Positions 1 to 10,823 of a stretch of DNA of 37,598 nucleotides are shown piece after piece. Location of the stretch: NCBI RefSeq assembly GCF_001194135.2, contig NC_068991.1, positions 45,133,561-45,171,158 on the forward strand, read 5' to 3'. Source of the DNA: Octopus bimaculoides (Eukaryota). Each line of letters begins with the position of its first letter. Within the stretch, counting starts at the first letter, position 1. The position numbers were made by a program, and so were the translations under genes. A model generated the notes under the pieces. That model was not told the origin of the DNA. It did not search any database and worked only from the letters and a program-made list of their open reading frames with translations.

Positions 1-24
1 CGATCTTATATATTTTAAATACAG

Positions 25-247
25 ATGTATTGATACCGTTAATAATGGCATTAATGGTAAGGTGACCAGCAAGTTCATACCGTTACGGGCACAATATAAG
101 GCAAATTTAGAATCAGTAGGGCATATAATACCACTTGCAAAAATCAGAGCCAAGGCTCCAAAATCACTATTGACTCACAATAATGATACACACGATCATT
201 GCAATGAACATATTAGAAATACGCTTATCTTTGCATTGAATACATCA
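25..247 (+). CDS. Candidate internal coding exon of an unidentified host gene (74 codons, CIDTVNNGINGKVTSKF...RNTLIFALNTS)
   Basis: AG acceptor at 23-24 (ttttaaatacag), GTAAGT donor at 248-253, and a frame free of stops from 2 to 340 in non-repetitive AT-rich sequence. No family recognised. Confidence 0.4.
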
Positions 248-388
248 GTAAGTAATGTATATTTCAATACCAATTGCTTTCACTCTCTGTATGACACTCT
301 GTATAACATACTCGGGGCTCTTCAGTTGGAAATAACATTTTAACATCTATTTCTAAAATATTCACTACATTAGCACGTGTGCGTTCCT

Positions 389-390
<2 letters not shown>

Positions 391-432
<42 letters not shown>
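391..432. repeat. (TA)n microsatellite
   Basis: Directly visible. Confidence 0.95.
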
Positions 433-433
<1 letters not shown>

Positions 434-539
434 CAGCTGTTTCTACTATAAGGTGCAGTGGGCTCATGGTTGAGTGGCTGAATTATTTTACGCAATGCCT
501 GAGCAAAATATTGAAACTATATATATCTCATCCTCGTCG

Positions 540-613
540 ATTATATTTTTAAAGGCGGTGCTCCAGCAGGGCCGCAGTAAAATGACTGAAACAAATAAAA
601 GAATAAAAGAATA
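540..613 (+). mobile_element. 3' tail of a SINE-like dispersed repeat
   Basis: aaggcggtgctccagcagggccgcagtaaaatgactgaaacaaataaaagaataaaagaa ends in an A-rich tail. A related inverted fragment (gctgcagccatgctgg) lies at about 14285-14300. Confidence 0.5.
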
Positions 614-974
614 TATACATACACCCATACACACACACGTGTGGGAATATAATACGCACGCATACATAAAAATGCATAAAAATAGAAATAACTATTTCTG
701 AAGACAACGTAACCTGTTTAATAAACCTGGATATGATATCCAATTGTATCAAATTCTGTGCTATAGCATAATATAATACAACGCAATGGAAGAGAAATAG
801 CACAGGAAAATAATCAGGCACACATTCATACAGACACATGCAACAAGCAGTACACACGCAACAAGCAATACACATGCGCTGCACACATACACACACGCAA
901 AAACATCATGCGTACATAAATACGTGTATGTACATTAATCTCTGATTAGCTTGATTTATGCATATATCTATACA

Positions 975-1176
975 CAGTAATCCCTCGCTATATTGCGGTA
1001 CACATAGCTTACGTCGATTACTCCGTGGTGTTGTTTTGCATTTATAATAAAATAAATGCATACAAATTATAAAAATAATTAAAATATATACAGTACAGTA
1101 CTGTTTCTACTTCGCAGATTTTCACCTAACGCGGGGGTTTTGGAGCGTAACACCCGCGATAGTCGAGGGATTACTG
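975..1176. mobile_element. Tigger/pogo-like MITE (about 200 bp, non-autonomous Tc1/mariner superfamily)
   Basis: Terminal inverted repeats cagtaatccctcgctatattgcgg and ccgcgatagtcgagggattactg, the first 13 bp near-perfect. No coding capacity. The TA target duplication has decayed. Confidence 0.8.
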
Positions 1177-1842
1177 GATAGCAATATGAAGTGCTACATG
1201 GGATGATCAGAGCATGCCCAGGAACAATAGTCTTTGCCTTGCTGTTACACTCCACCTTGCTACTGTCAGGGTCATTCTCAGAAACGAGTCCATTATTTCC
1301 GGAATTTTGTTGATGCTGTTACTGAAGAAATCAGTAGTAAGAGTTCTTTCTTGTATTGCAGAATCTATTGTTAAGATCTTCAAGTCTAATTGGATGTATT
1401 GCTGTGCTAACTCCTGAAGCTTTCACTATAAAACTATGACTCCTCTAAATGTTTCGAATTGATATTTTGCATTGTTCCTTCATTCTCCAGTTCAAAAATA
1501 TCATTCTCATTTGTTTTCCTGTTGTTTTCATTTTCCATGTTGTTGTTGCGGTGGTGGTGGCGGCGCTGGTGGTCGTATTGGTGATGATGGAGGTGCTGAT
1601 GGTTGTAGGGATGTCACGTTTGTTGTAACACAAGGAAGACACAGTTAAGACAACTTCTCCAACTTCTAATCTCGAAATATTCTACAATGTATTTTCGTAA
1701 AATTCTTGAAGAACTTAGTAAATCTCCCAAAACTAACCACAAATTCTGCCCCGAAGGATGATAATACATTTGAGCTGGAACCAGATATAAAACACAGAGC
1801 TAAGTTTTTGAATGTATATCGTTGCTGACTCAACAACATAAT

Positions 1843-2040
1843 ATTGGTTTCAAATTTTGGCACCAGGCCAGCAATTTCTGGGTAGAGAATAAGTCGATTA
1901 CACAAACCCCATGTTCAACTGGTACTTATTTTATCAACTCCGAGAGGATGAAAAGTAAAGTCAATCTCGGCGGGATTTGAACACAAAACGCAAAGACGGA
2001 CGAAATGCCGTTAAGCATTTTCCCGGCCTGCTAACAACTC
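1843..2040 (-). mobile_element. tRNA-derived SINE, family A
   Basis: Reverse complement matches the ...gttctgagttcaaattccgccgaggtcgactttgcctttcatcctttc...gataaa..aagtaccag motif seen at 7478-7628 and in other copies. Confidence 0.8.
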
Positions 2041-2074
2041 AACAACATAATATTAACAACAACAACAATGGGCG

Positions 2075-2104
<30 letters not shown>

Positions 2105-2105
<1 letters not shown>

Positions 2106-2230
2106 TTTGCCTAGAACCGGTAGTGTTACAAGAAGGCACTGCTAAGACACAGATTTCTTAGAAGTTATCCACATGAGTGTCACTATATACTTTTTCTACT
2201 TTTATCTATATTGAATATTGTTAGTTTTTG
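2105..2230 (+). mobile_element. Possible 3'-terminal remnant of an R4-like RLE LINE
   Basis: Degenerate match to the LQK.ALLGTA.ILRK.L-stop C-terminus seen more clearly at 9540-9603. Confidence 0.3.
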
Positions 2231-2464
2231 CCACCAAGTAGAATTTACTTCACTGGAGAGGTCTAAAATACCCGAAATGTGCCCATTTCTTTCAGTCAAC
2301 TCTTGGCATTAATAACCAGATACATAATAATCTGCACTGTCTATATGCTCTCGAAATTTCGATCAACTTAACTTTGTGAAATTAAAGACAACTTTAAATT
2401 TTAAACAAATTTATACATATGGTTGGCTCCCTGAGAACTGCTATTTATAGGGAGGACGTGTGGA

Positions 2465-2640
2465 CTACTTAAGGGGAGATAATCGTTTCTAAGTTGTTTT
2501 TTTACCTTATGTTGACAAATCCTTATCAAGGAGTGCAAAGAGTGAAAAGCGCAAATATTATTTCAATATAATTCTTTTATTAAATTTTCGGATAGTCGTG
2601 AATAATACAATTTTATCGTCGTCCGGAGCTCTTCAGCAAG
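2465..2640. repeat. Dispersed repeat shared with 34525-34740 (probable Penelope pLTR-like family)
   Basis: ctacttaaggggagataatc...ccttatgttg occurs at about 2465-2515 and about 34528-34576. Confidence 0.45.
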
Positions 2641-2979
2641 ACAAACCAATACATAGTTTTACCTAATAATTGTTTCAATACTGACAAGTGACAGAAAATG
2701 TTTAACTTATATTCATATGTGAAAATATAGAGTTTGATATTTGAGACACTACTGTATTGTGCGGATTCTTATAAAACATTTTTCCATTTTGAAGTTAATT
2801 TAATATTTTAATTTTTATTTCTATAGAAATTTCCTTCTTCGTTGACTTTTAGCTGAACATCTAGTCTATCATTTAATCCAGAGAATAATTCACTAAATAT
2901 ATATTTAAAAAGAAAACACACAAGTATAACTAAAGGATTTAAATTACTACTTCTCTCAATTATTGAAAAATAAAGAATA

Positions 2980-3912
2980 NNNNNNNNNNNNNNNNNNNNN
3001 NNNNNNNNNNNNNNNNNNNNNNNNNNNNNNNNNNNNNNNNNNNNNNNNNNNNNNNNNNNNNNNNNNNNNNNNNNNNNNNNNNNNNNNNNNNNNNNNNNNN
3101 NNNNNNNNNNNNNNNNNNNNNNNNNNNNNNNNNNNNNNNNNNNNNNNNNNNNNNNNNNNNNNTATATATATATATATAGTATATATATATATATATATAT
3201 ATAAACCATATACATAATATATATTATATATATATATCTATACATATATGTATATAAACCATACACGTAGTATATATATATACATATATACATATATATA
3301 TCTATCTCTCTCTATATATACATATATATAATATATATATCTACATATACAATATGTATACGTTTTTGTATATATACATACAAGGATAATATATAAAATA
3401 TATATGTATGTATATTCATATATATATATTTGCATATACATACATACATATATATAAATATTCAAACACAGGTAAAGGTTAGTAGATATTGGTAAATTCA
3501 GAAATAGATATTTCCACTTTATATATGTATATATATATATATATATGCCTCTTCGTGTGTGTGTATGTATGTGTGTGTGTAAGATGTGCACACGCGAACG
3601 CATGTATGTATGTATGCCGGCCCAAAGAAAGTAGGGAAATGATAGAACGATAAAAATTGTTAAGCTTCAGAAATACTTGCACATATATGCTCAAGCACAC
3701 AAATTTTTACAAATCAGATTCAATCTTGATTTAATGTGAATACCAAAAGGATTATTGTATTAACCTTGAAAATCAAAATGATCGATCTTCGTCATGGCTA
3801 TTCGCTCGTATAATCCATTAGTTTTTTTTTTTTATTTATGATTTCTTTTTGGCGTGATGCACTCCTCTATCCATATTTGATTCTGTACATGTATATGTGT
3901 GTGTGTATGTTC

Positions 3913-3982
<70 letters not shown>

Positions 3983-4115
3983 GTATATATATATATGTAT
4001 ACATATATATNNNNNNNNNNNNNNNNNNNNNNNNNNNNNNNNNNNNNNNNNNNNNNNNNNNNNNNNNNNNNNNNNNNNNNNNNNNNNNNNNNNNNNNNNN
4101 NNNNNNNNNNNNNNN

Positions 4116-4150
<35 letters not shown>

Positions 4151-4287
4151 CATATATATGTATGTAATACTTATTGATACATACATACAAACATACACAT
4201 ATATATGCATATATATATATGTGTGTGTGTGTACATATATGTGTATATCTATGTATCTCTCTCTCTCTCTCTCTCACACACACACCC

Positions 4288-4348
<61 letters not shown>
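2980..4348. repeat. Compound (TA)n/(TG)n/(CT)n/(CA)n microsatellite region with assembly gaps at 2980-3162 and 4011-4115
   Basis: Directly visible. An island of unique sequence lies at about 3615-3890. Confidence 0.9.
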
Positions 4349-5531
4349 CACGAATGTAAGTCAAGAACTTATACGCAATCACATTTTGGTAATGTATTTA
4401 AAGTAAAAGCAGGGTTGAATAATTACACCATTTTTGATATAGTTTCTTTGCTTTTCGAAGCAGTTCTTCCAGCGGACCACAAGCTTGCTTATTCCACTTA
4501 TTGCGCTTCGTTATTCGTAGTAAGTCGACAACCTCCTAAAGAATGTTTCAGCTCTCGAAAAAGCTTATAGCCAGAAGGGGCGAGATCTGGAATGTATGCA
4601 GGGTGTTCCATCAACTCGAAATCCATTTTTTCAATGGTTTCAACAATGTGGGCAGCCGTAAGCGGACGTGCTCTGTTGTGCAATAATAACAGTTGCTTTG
4701 ATAATAGATCTCGACATTTGGTGCAAATTACTGGCTTCATTTCGTTGGTCAGCATTTTCACTCTTGTGTACAATGGTGACTATAGCCCCCTCTTCCAGGT
4801 AATGTTCAAGTATTGGTCTTTTTGCGTCCCCCAAACCGGTTAACATTATTTTTCTCTGCGGAAGGGTAAGTCTTGAATTTCTTTTTCGCTGGAGTTTCCA
4901 GGTATTTCCATCCATACTGGCTTGTGGCTCAAAGGGACGGACCCAAGTTTGATCTCTTCTCACTGTTCTCTCTAGAAAAGCTTCACATTCATCGGTTGAG
5001 AAAGCGTTGACAGATCTCCACACCATTGCGCTCATGCGCTTCAGTAAGCTCTCTTGGCATTCATCTCTTAAGGACATAACGGAAACTAAACTTGTGGATG
5101 GTTTCGTATTCGAAACCATAACTAATTTGCATAGATCTCATTTCTTGGATGATCCCGCATAGGTTTGCCAGAGCCAACTCTCACGTCTGCAGTGGAGGTT
5201 GGTCGGTTCCAGCTTTCTATTCGTGTTTCACGCTTTTGCGTTCAATTTTAAATTTTTCGATCCACTCATACACACTTGCAATGAATTTCAGCCCCTAAGG
5301 CACCATAAGAGAAATCAGACCACTAATTTCTACTTTGCCTTGGTGCACAATGCCAGGGGAGCAGCCATGTTTACTCAGTAACACAATAAAGGGTACTGGA
5401 GAGATTAAAGTCAAACCTTGGTTGCATAACCACAAGAGTGCCATCTTTTAATACGCGAGCTTTGAAGGTATGCAGCCAGCGTAAAGGAAAGTTTTGGCGA
5501 GAGTGCTGATAACATTTGACTTCCCCTTGTG
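4349..5531 (-). mobile_element. Near full-length decayed mariner DNA transposon
   Basis: Degenerate TIRs of about 30 bp (cacgaatgtaagtcaagaacttatacgcaat vs cacaaggggaagtcaaatgttatcagcact) enclose a mariner transposase relic. Confidence 0.9.
4430..5368 (-). pseudogene. Mariner transposase pseudogene (frameshifts, stops, mutated catalytic motifs)
   Basis: MAAPLALCTK start, RDQTWV (TGDETWV-like), LLHNRARP (HDNARP-like), HPAYIPDLAPSGYKLF (HPPYSPDLAPSD-like) and GISKLVVRWKNC. Confidence 0.9.
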
Positions 5532-5541
5532 TGCGTCTGTG

Positions 5542-5544
<3 letters not shown>

Positions 5545-5606
<62 letters not shown>
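5545..5606. repeat. (TAA)n microsatellite
   Basis: Directly visible. Confidence 0.95.
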
Positions 5607-5642
5607 TGCATACCTACAGTTTTCGAACACATAGACGATCAT

Positions 5643-5872
5643 CTTTAAAACCTTTAATATCTACAACTTCTGTGAATACCTATCCTTTCCCTTCTCCTTG
5701 AGTATTCGAAAATGTAAACACCCCTTTCATTGCAAAAACACCACTGTATTCTTCAATTGGATAGACAAACGAACATCTCAAGAAAACTTTAAAACTTTAA
5801 TATATCAAATTTTGTATGACATATCCCTGACTACACAAATATACCTTTTATTGCAGCAACACAATTGAATTC
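5643..5872. repeat. Degenerate tandem duplication, period about 144 bp
   Basis: ctttaaaac(c)tttaatat at 5643 and 5787, with matching ...ttt.attgca..aacac.a.tg.attc ends. Confidence 0.55.
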
Positions 5873-6427
5873 AGAAATTCAAAAATTCAACGACGTGAAT
5901 ATCAGTACATATTGTTTTCTCTAATAGTAATTACAAATAGAATAGGTTGAATTGCTTCTCAAAGCCAAGGACAGCGCTCTAAAGTAGTCGCTCGTAGTAG
6001 TAAACACATTTGACCTCTGCTGACCCAAAGGGTACGAAGATTCTTTTGTCTCTATGGCTGACCTCCCCACCAACTGCCGAATCTATCTATAGAGCTGTAG
6101 AATTTGATTTATTCACCAAGCTGCTACTCCCCCCAACTATTTCTTTCAACAACCACATATCTATAATTATCTTAAGTACAAGACAAAAGTTGAAAATAAA
6201 GAACATTTAACAAAACGTTTTATTAATAAATGGAAATAGTAATAATGATAATAACAGTGGTATTGGTGGTGGTGGTGATAATGATAAAAATAAAAAATAA
6301 TGATAATATGCTGCAGCTGCTAATACTACAAATATTACAACTACTTCTACTCTGATTGCACAGGAATCTCAGGCCCAAACAATGATACCAGTGATATCAG
6401 TGATGATAATGATAATAATAATGAAAG

Positions 6428-6495
6428 GAGCAGGTGGAGCCTCCCCATGTCCTGATTAATGATATATCTAGTGATGGTGTCACAATAAAAACACT
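6428..6495 (+). ncRNA. Decayed HDV-like ribozyme fold at the LINE 5' end
   Basis: P1 GAGCAGG/CCTGATT with an opening G.U pair, a GCC-TCCCCAT P3/L3-like motif, P4 TGATAT-ATC/GAT-GTGTCA, then CAAT. P2', P3' and the J1/4 GG are degenerate. Confidence 0.45.
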
Positions 6496-6532
6496 GGGAA
6501 TTGCGCAACCTGATAATCGCTATCTCATATGA

Positions 6533-7408
6533 GTGACAATGAATAAACAAAATATTGTGAATAACGGTGGTAATGAAACTGGAGCCATTGATGGTGACAG
6601 TGTTGCATCCGGCAGGCTCAGAGAGATTGGTCGGCCTCAGCCTGTCGATAACCAGAAAAGGGATCACTGTACACGGCGTAGATGGAGCAAGCAAATTAAT
6701 GCTGTGGTCATGGAGTGTTACTACCTGAGGAACCCGGTAGATGAAAATGGTGCACAAATTAGGGGTTACCGACATTGTATGTACGATCAGTGGAGGGAAA
6801 AGGGATTGTTTCAACTCACGGAACAGAGACTATGTGATCAAGCTAGAGCAATAAGAAAAAATTGTTGGTTCACAGAAGTAGAGCTCGAAGCTATCAAAAA
6901 ACGGGTCATGGAAAATAGTAGCAAAGATAACAATGAAAATACAGCTCTTACTAATAAAAATAATCTCATAGCACAGGAAAAGAACAGTAGTAGTTTAATT
7001 GATGAAAGACATATAGATGATCTAAAAGAAGACAATAAAACTAATGGCGACATGACAGATGAACAAAAGGCAATCTCCGACAGAATAAAGGCAAGACTAC
7101 AGGAGAACGATAGCGACATTATTTGCAACCTTGAAAAGGCTGACCGGCGGAAGTTGAACCAAGAAACGAAAAATGTCAATGATATTCTGAAATACACCAG
7201 AACAAACAAAATCACAGAAACAAATAATTTGATCAAGGCAGCGAGTATTGTTGTAACAGAAAATGTGGGTGTCGATGTCAAGAAAAAGAAATATAATGGA
7301 AATGACAAAAGAAAAGACCCATGGTGGAAAAAAAAGAATACAGGCAGGGTTAGATATGCTCTCGAAGGAAATTTCTGTGTTAAACCGGAAAGAGAAAGAG
7401 TAGCTTAA
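6533..7408 (+). pseudogene. Truncated N-terminal ORF (291 aa) of the R4-like element
   Basis: From the ORF track, with the motifs above. A frameshift near DPWWKKK leads to an early stop. Confidence 0.75.
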
Positions 7409-7477
7409 AAGCGAACAAAAAAAGAACAGGGCGCTGAAGAGGAAGTATAATATTGAAAGAAAGGGCCTGAAAATGGT

Positions 7478-7628
7478 CTTTACGTTCTGAGTTCAAATTC
7501 CGCCGAGGCCAACTTTGCCTTTCATCCTTTCGTGGTCGATAAATTAAGTACCAGTTGCGTACTAATCGATCTAATCGACTGGCCCCTCACCAAATAATTT
7601 TGGGCCGAGTGCCTAGAGTAGAAAAGAA
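7478..7628 (+). mobile_element. 5'-truncated tRNA-derived SINE, family A
   Basis: tacgttctgagttcaaattccgccgagg (B-box-like) plus ctttgcctttcatcctttcg...gataaattaagtaccag, followed by an (ATT)n tail. Confidence 0.85.
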
Positions 7629-7648
7629 TATTATTATTATTATTATTA

Positions 7649-7710
<62 letters not shown>
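7629..7710. repeat. (ATT)n microsatellite
   Basis: Directly visible. Confidence 0.95.
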
Positions 7711-7711
<1 letters not shown>

Positions 7712-7712
<1 letters not shown>

Positions 7713-8160
7713 GTTTATTAGTCATGTTATGAGAGATACATCAATATTTTCGTTTCTTACATCAAATATAATTAGGCACATATTGGAAAACAATCATTAA
7801 AATGTTGAAGATTAACATGCTGGATGAGGATTTTCTAACAAATATCTACTAATCCAAATATTGTTGCTTCCTGGTACGTGCTTATGTCTAATTCTTACAG
7901 ATAATTTCCTCAGTCTCTTTACTGAAAAGATTGTATATAGATCCTGTTGCACCAATTACAAATGGTTTTATGTAAATATTCTTCAACTGCCGTGATGGTT
8001 TTAATTCAAACCGCAAACTTGATATGGTTCCTTAACATTTTCTGCTCACTCCTATACATCATTATAAACATTTAATATTGCTGTATACTTTAGTTCTTTG
8101 CTTTTATGTAGCCATCACGGCTAAAGTTGACTAAAATTGGCTAAGATTGACTCACTACCT
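7712..8160 (-). mobile_element. 3' fragment of an R4-like RLE LINE
   Basis: Minus strand reads KPFVIGATG...ELDISTYQEATNIG, the RLE C-terminal region. The 3' end runs into (AAT)n. Confidence 0.65.
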
Positions 8161-8254
8161 GTTACACTATTGTCATGTTTGTCACGGAGAATGATGTCAG
8201 TATTATTATATTTCTGTGGTAGTCTCTGTATGCTAAACCAGTGGTTTCCAAACT

Positions 8255-8345
8255 GCTCAACTGGTTAAGATCAAGCAACTGACAAGCAAGTCTGTAGTAC
8301 TGAGCAGAATATTTGCTGTAGCCAATCTTTTTACACCAAGACAAA
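8255..8345 (-). repeat. Partial copy of dispersed repeat family B
   Basis: ctcaactggttaa...aagcaactgacaagca...tgagcagaatatttgctgtagc is shared with 8925-9005. Confidence 0.75.
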
Positions 8346-8545
8346 ATATGTAAATTATAACACTATCAATCAGTTAAGCTCAGAAGCCATGAGAGCCAGT
8401 GACTAGTACTGCATTAGGGCATATTATTATTATTATTATTATTATNNNNNNNNNNNNNNNNNNNNNNNNNNNNNNNNNNNNNNNNNNNNNNNNNNNNNNN
8501 NNNNNNNNNNNNNNNNNNNNNNNNNNNNNNNNNNNNNNNNNNNNN

Positions 8546-9025
8546 TATTGAATGAGAGAGCAGTTCATGCTATCAAACTGACACTGGGGTACAATTATAC
8601 GAATCCCAATATACCCACCATCTGATAAGGGTACACCAGTTACATGCATCAAAACCACATGTGTGCAACATGATGATCTTATATCAAGACAAAGAACGCA
8701 TGATCTTACAGGTGGTACCCAGTTAGAATTTAGAATTTTCTTCGTGTCGAGTAGCCCCTCCCGCTCAAAAAATCCCTGAATAAGCATGATGAACAAAGCA
8801 CCTGTTTCCAGAGGTGAATTATTCAAACCCCAAAGAATTCCTCTCAACACATGGCTATGATATTCCCCCACTACTTGTGCTCGTGATCAGAGATGCACGT
8901 ATCGTCAGCCACCAAGGGACATACTCAACTGGTTAACGTCAAGCAACTGACAAGCAGATCTGTGATATTGAGCAGAATATTTGCTGTAGCTCATATTTTA
9001 TACCAAGGTAACCATCTTTTATACC
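8546..9025 (-). mobile_element. Longer copy of dispersed repeat family B (SINE-like or non-autonomous)
   Basis: Homologous to 8255-8345, non-coding, bounded by (ATT)n tracts and a gap. Confidence 0.6.
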
Positions 9026-9045
9026 AAGATTATTATTATTATTAC

Positions 9046-9088
<43 letters not shown>

Positions 9089-9114
9089 GTTGTTGTTGTT
9101 GTTGTTGTTGTTGT

Positions 9115-9203
9115 TATATTCGATGAAGTAAATACGAGTTGAGATGTAATCGACTAGCCTCCTCCCCACAAAATTTCAGGTCTTGTGCCTATAATAAAAA
9201 GGT
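9115..9203 (+). mobile_element. 3' half of SINE family A
   Basis: gatgtaatcgactagcctcctccccacaaaatttcaggtcttgtgcctat followed by (ATT)n. Confidence 0.7.
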
Positions 9204-9227
9204 TTATTATTATTATTATTATTATTA

Positions 9228-9305
<78 letters not shown>

Positions 9306-9308
9306 GTA

Positions 9309-9346
<38 letters not shown>
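9204..9346. repeat. (ATT)n microsatellite
   Basis: Directly visible. Confidence 0.95.
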
Positions 9347-9347
<1 letters not shown>

Positions 9348-9770
9348 TTTGCTTTTGCTTTGCATTTGTATAAATTGGCTCCATGTCTCACCCAGAGACC
9401 TCGAGAGACAACAAATTAGAATTTCATGTTGGTGTTATGCCTACTATGTACAAAACCATATATTTGGTTTGTACATAGTATTGTTCTAGAGAATGTTTAA
9501 GAAAACAAGAAAATTATGAGTTTGTTTTAAAATTTGAGATTACATAGACGGTATTTTACGTAGGATATGTGCAGTTCCCACGAACACAATTTTTTGAATT
9601 TCTGCCGTTTGAGTCTCCAGCTAGGTAGCAATCAACTTCTTTTGCTATCATTCCTAGGGCACCTATGACAACAGGTAATATTTAGTCTTGAGGTTCCGCA
9701 TTTTTCCAATTACTATTTCAAGAAAGTGCATATTCTCAGAAAATATTTTGAATCGGATACACTTTCAATA
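9347..9770 (-). mobile_element. 3' end of an R4-like RLE LINE with 3' UTR
   Basis: Minus strand reads LPVVIGALGMIAKEVDCYLA...EIQKIVFVGTAHILRKIPSM-stop, then a UTR ending at (AAT)n. Confidence 0.8.
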
Positions 9771-10229
9771 CTCAAAATGCATGAGAAGAAATATGCTTGC
9801 GGGTTATTAACATCACGCCCTGAGAGAATGAATAAAATGTTACGAAAATTTCATCAAATTTACACAAAACTGTTTGATTAAATATTTTTCTTCTTTTTCC
9901 TTTTCTTTTTTCTTTTCTTTTTTCTCTTTCTCTTCTTTCTTTTTCTTTTCGCCAGTTGAAAAATTGAAACTTGAAGACTGATGATATAATTCCATCAATG
10001 TGTGGACGCTGGTTGCTCTCGTTCATATTTTAGATTTGAATTTCTATAATTTTGAGCTTTTATCACTTTTCATTTTGAACTCGACAAAAACAGGCTTTCC
10101 GTCGAAATATCGTTCAATCACTAAAATATCTATTGCAATCGCATCGCGCTCTTCCTCTTGTCTTTTTACCTTTGTAAAGAGTTACGTCAATCCTTTTAAA
10201 ATATTATCATTATTATCGTTACTATTATT

Positions 10230-10243
10230 AACATCATCATCGT

Positions 10244-10335
<92 letters not shown>
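10230..10335. repeat. Compound (CAT)n(ATT)n microsatellite
   Basis: Directly visible. Confidence 0.95.
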
Positions 10336-10379
10336 GCGTCAGAAAAACTACCCTGCAGTGTTTCTTCTGGATCTTTAAG

Positions 10380-10530
10380 CTCTTGAACCAAGTCCTGTCA
10401 AGGTCAACTTTGCCTTTCATCCTTTCGTAGTCGATAAAATTATCTACCCGTCCAATACATTATTTTATCGAAATACCCCTCCCCTCAGAATTACTGTCTT
10501 TTGTCCAAATGACAAACAGCAACAACAGTA
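10380..10530 (+). mobile_element. Diverged SINE family A copy
   Basis: aaggtcaactttgcctttcatcctttcgtagtcgataaaat core. Confidence 0.7.
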
Positions 10531-10823
10531 ATAACAGATGTATATACTTCAAATAATTATAAAACGTTCAGCATTGTATGAATAGAATATTAACTTTTAA
10601 GCGGCTTCTGCACTAATGCTAGGAAAGGTGAGAGTGGTGAGTTTACCGTATTTTTCTTAGAAAAATCTTTACTCATTCCGCTATATATTTCTAAAAATGA
10701 ACTGCGATTTGTGCCAGATACATGAAAAGCTAAGTCTGATTTATGACAGGTTATTTTAATCGTGAAAAGAAGGGCATTTCTTTTTTTTTTTTTGTTTTTA
10801 CTTTGTGTTTATTTTTCTTCCAG

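Larger units (their letters stand above)
6423..7470 (+). mobile_element. 5' portion of an R4/Dong-like RLE-type non-LTR retrotransposon
   Basis: The element starts right after a (TAA)-like tract. Its ORF carries RRRWSKQINAVVMECYY...RGYR...W...EQRLCDQARAIRKNCWFTEVELE...DPWWK, an N-terminus typical of R4-clade elements. It is cut off by a SINE before the RT domain. Confidence 0.8.

Noticed and set aside
1214-1520. Coding-like minus-strand segment suggestive of a hAT or piggyBac fragment
   Set aside because: No diagnostic motif could be aligned in any frame.
2808-4406. Numerous ORFs rich in YI/HT/CV repeats or X, also at 11.8-12.7, 14.8-15.3, 15.8-16.6, 22.7-23.0, 27.7-29.0 and 34.8-37.3 kb
   Set aside because: They are translations of microsatellites and N gaps, which lack stop codons.
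6017-6050. CTGCTGA-CCC-aaa-GGG-TAC-GAAG...GTC hammerhead-like string
   Set aside because: Core mutated on both sides and no stem I or III complementarity.
6838-7308. 156-aa and 155-aa (6347-6814) minus-strand ORFs
   Set aside because: Largely antisense shadows of the R4-like ORF.
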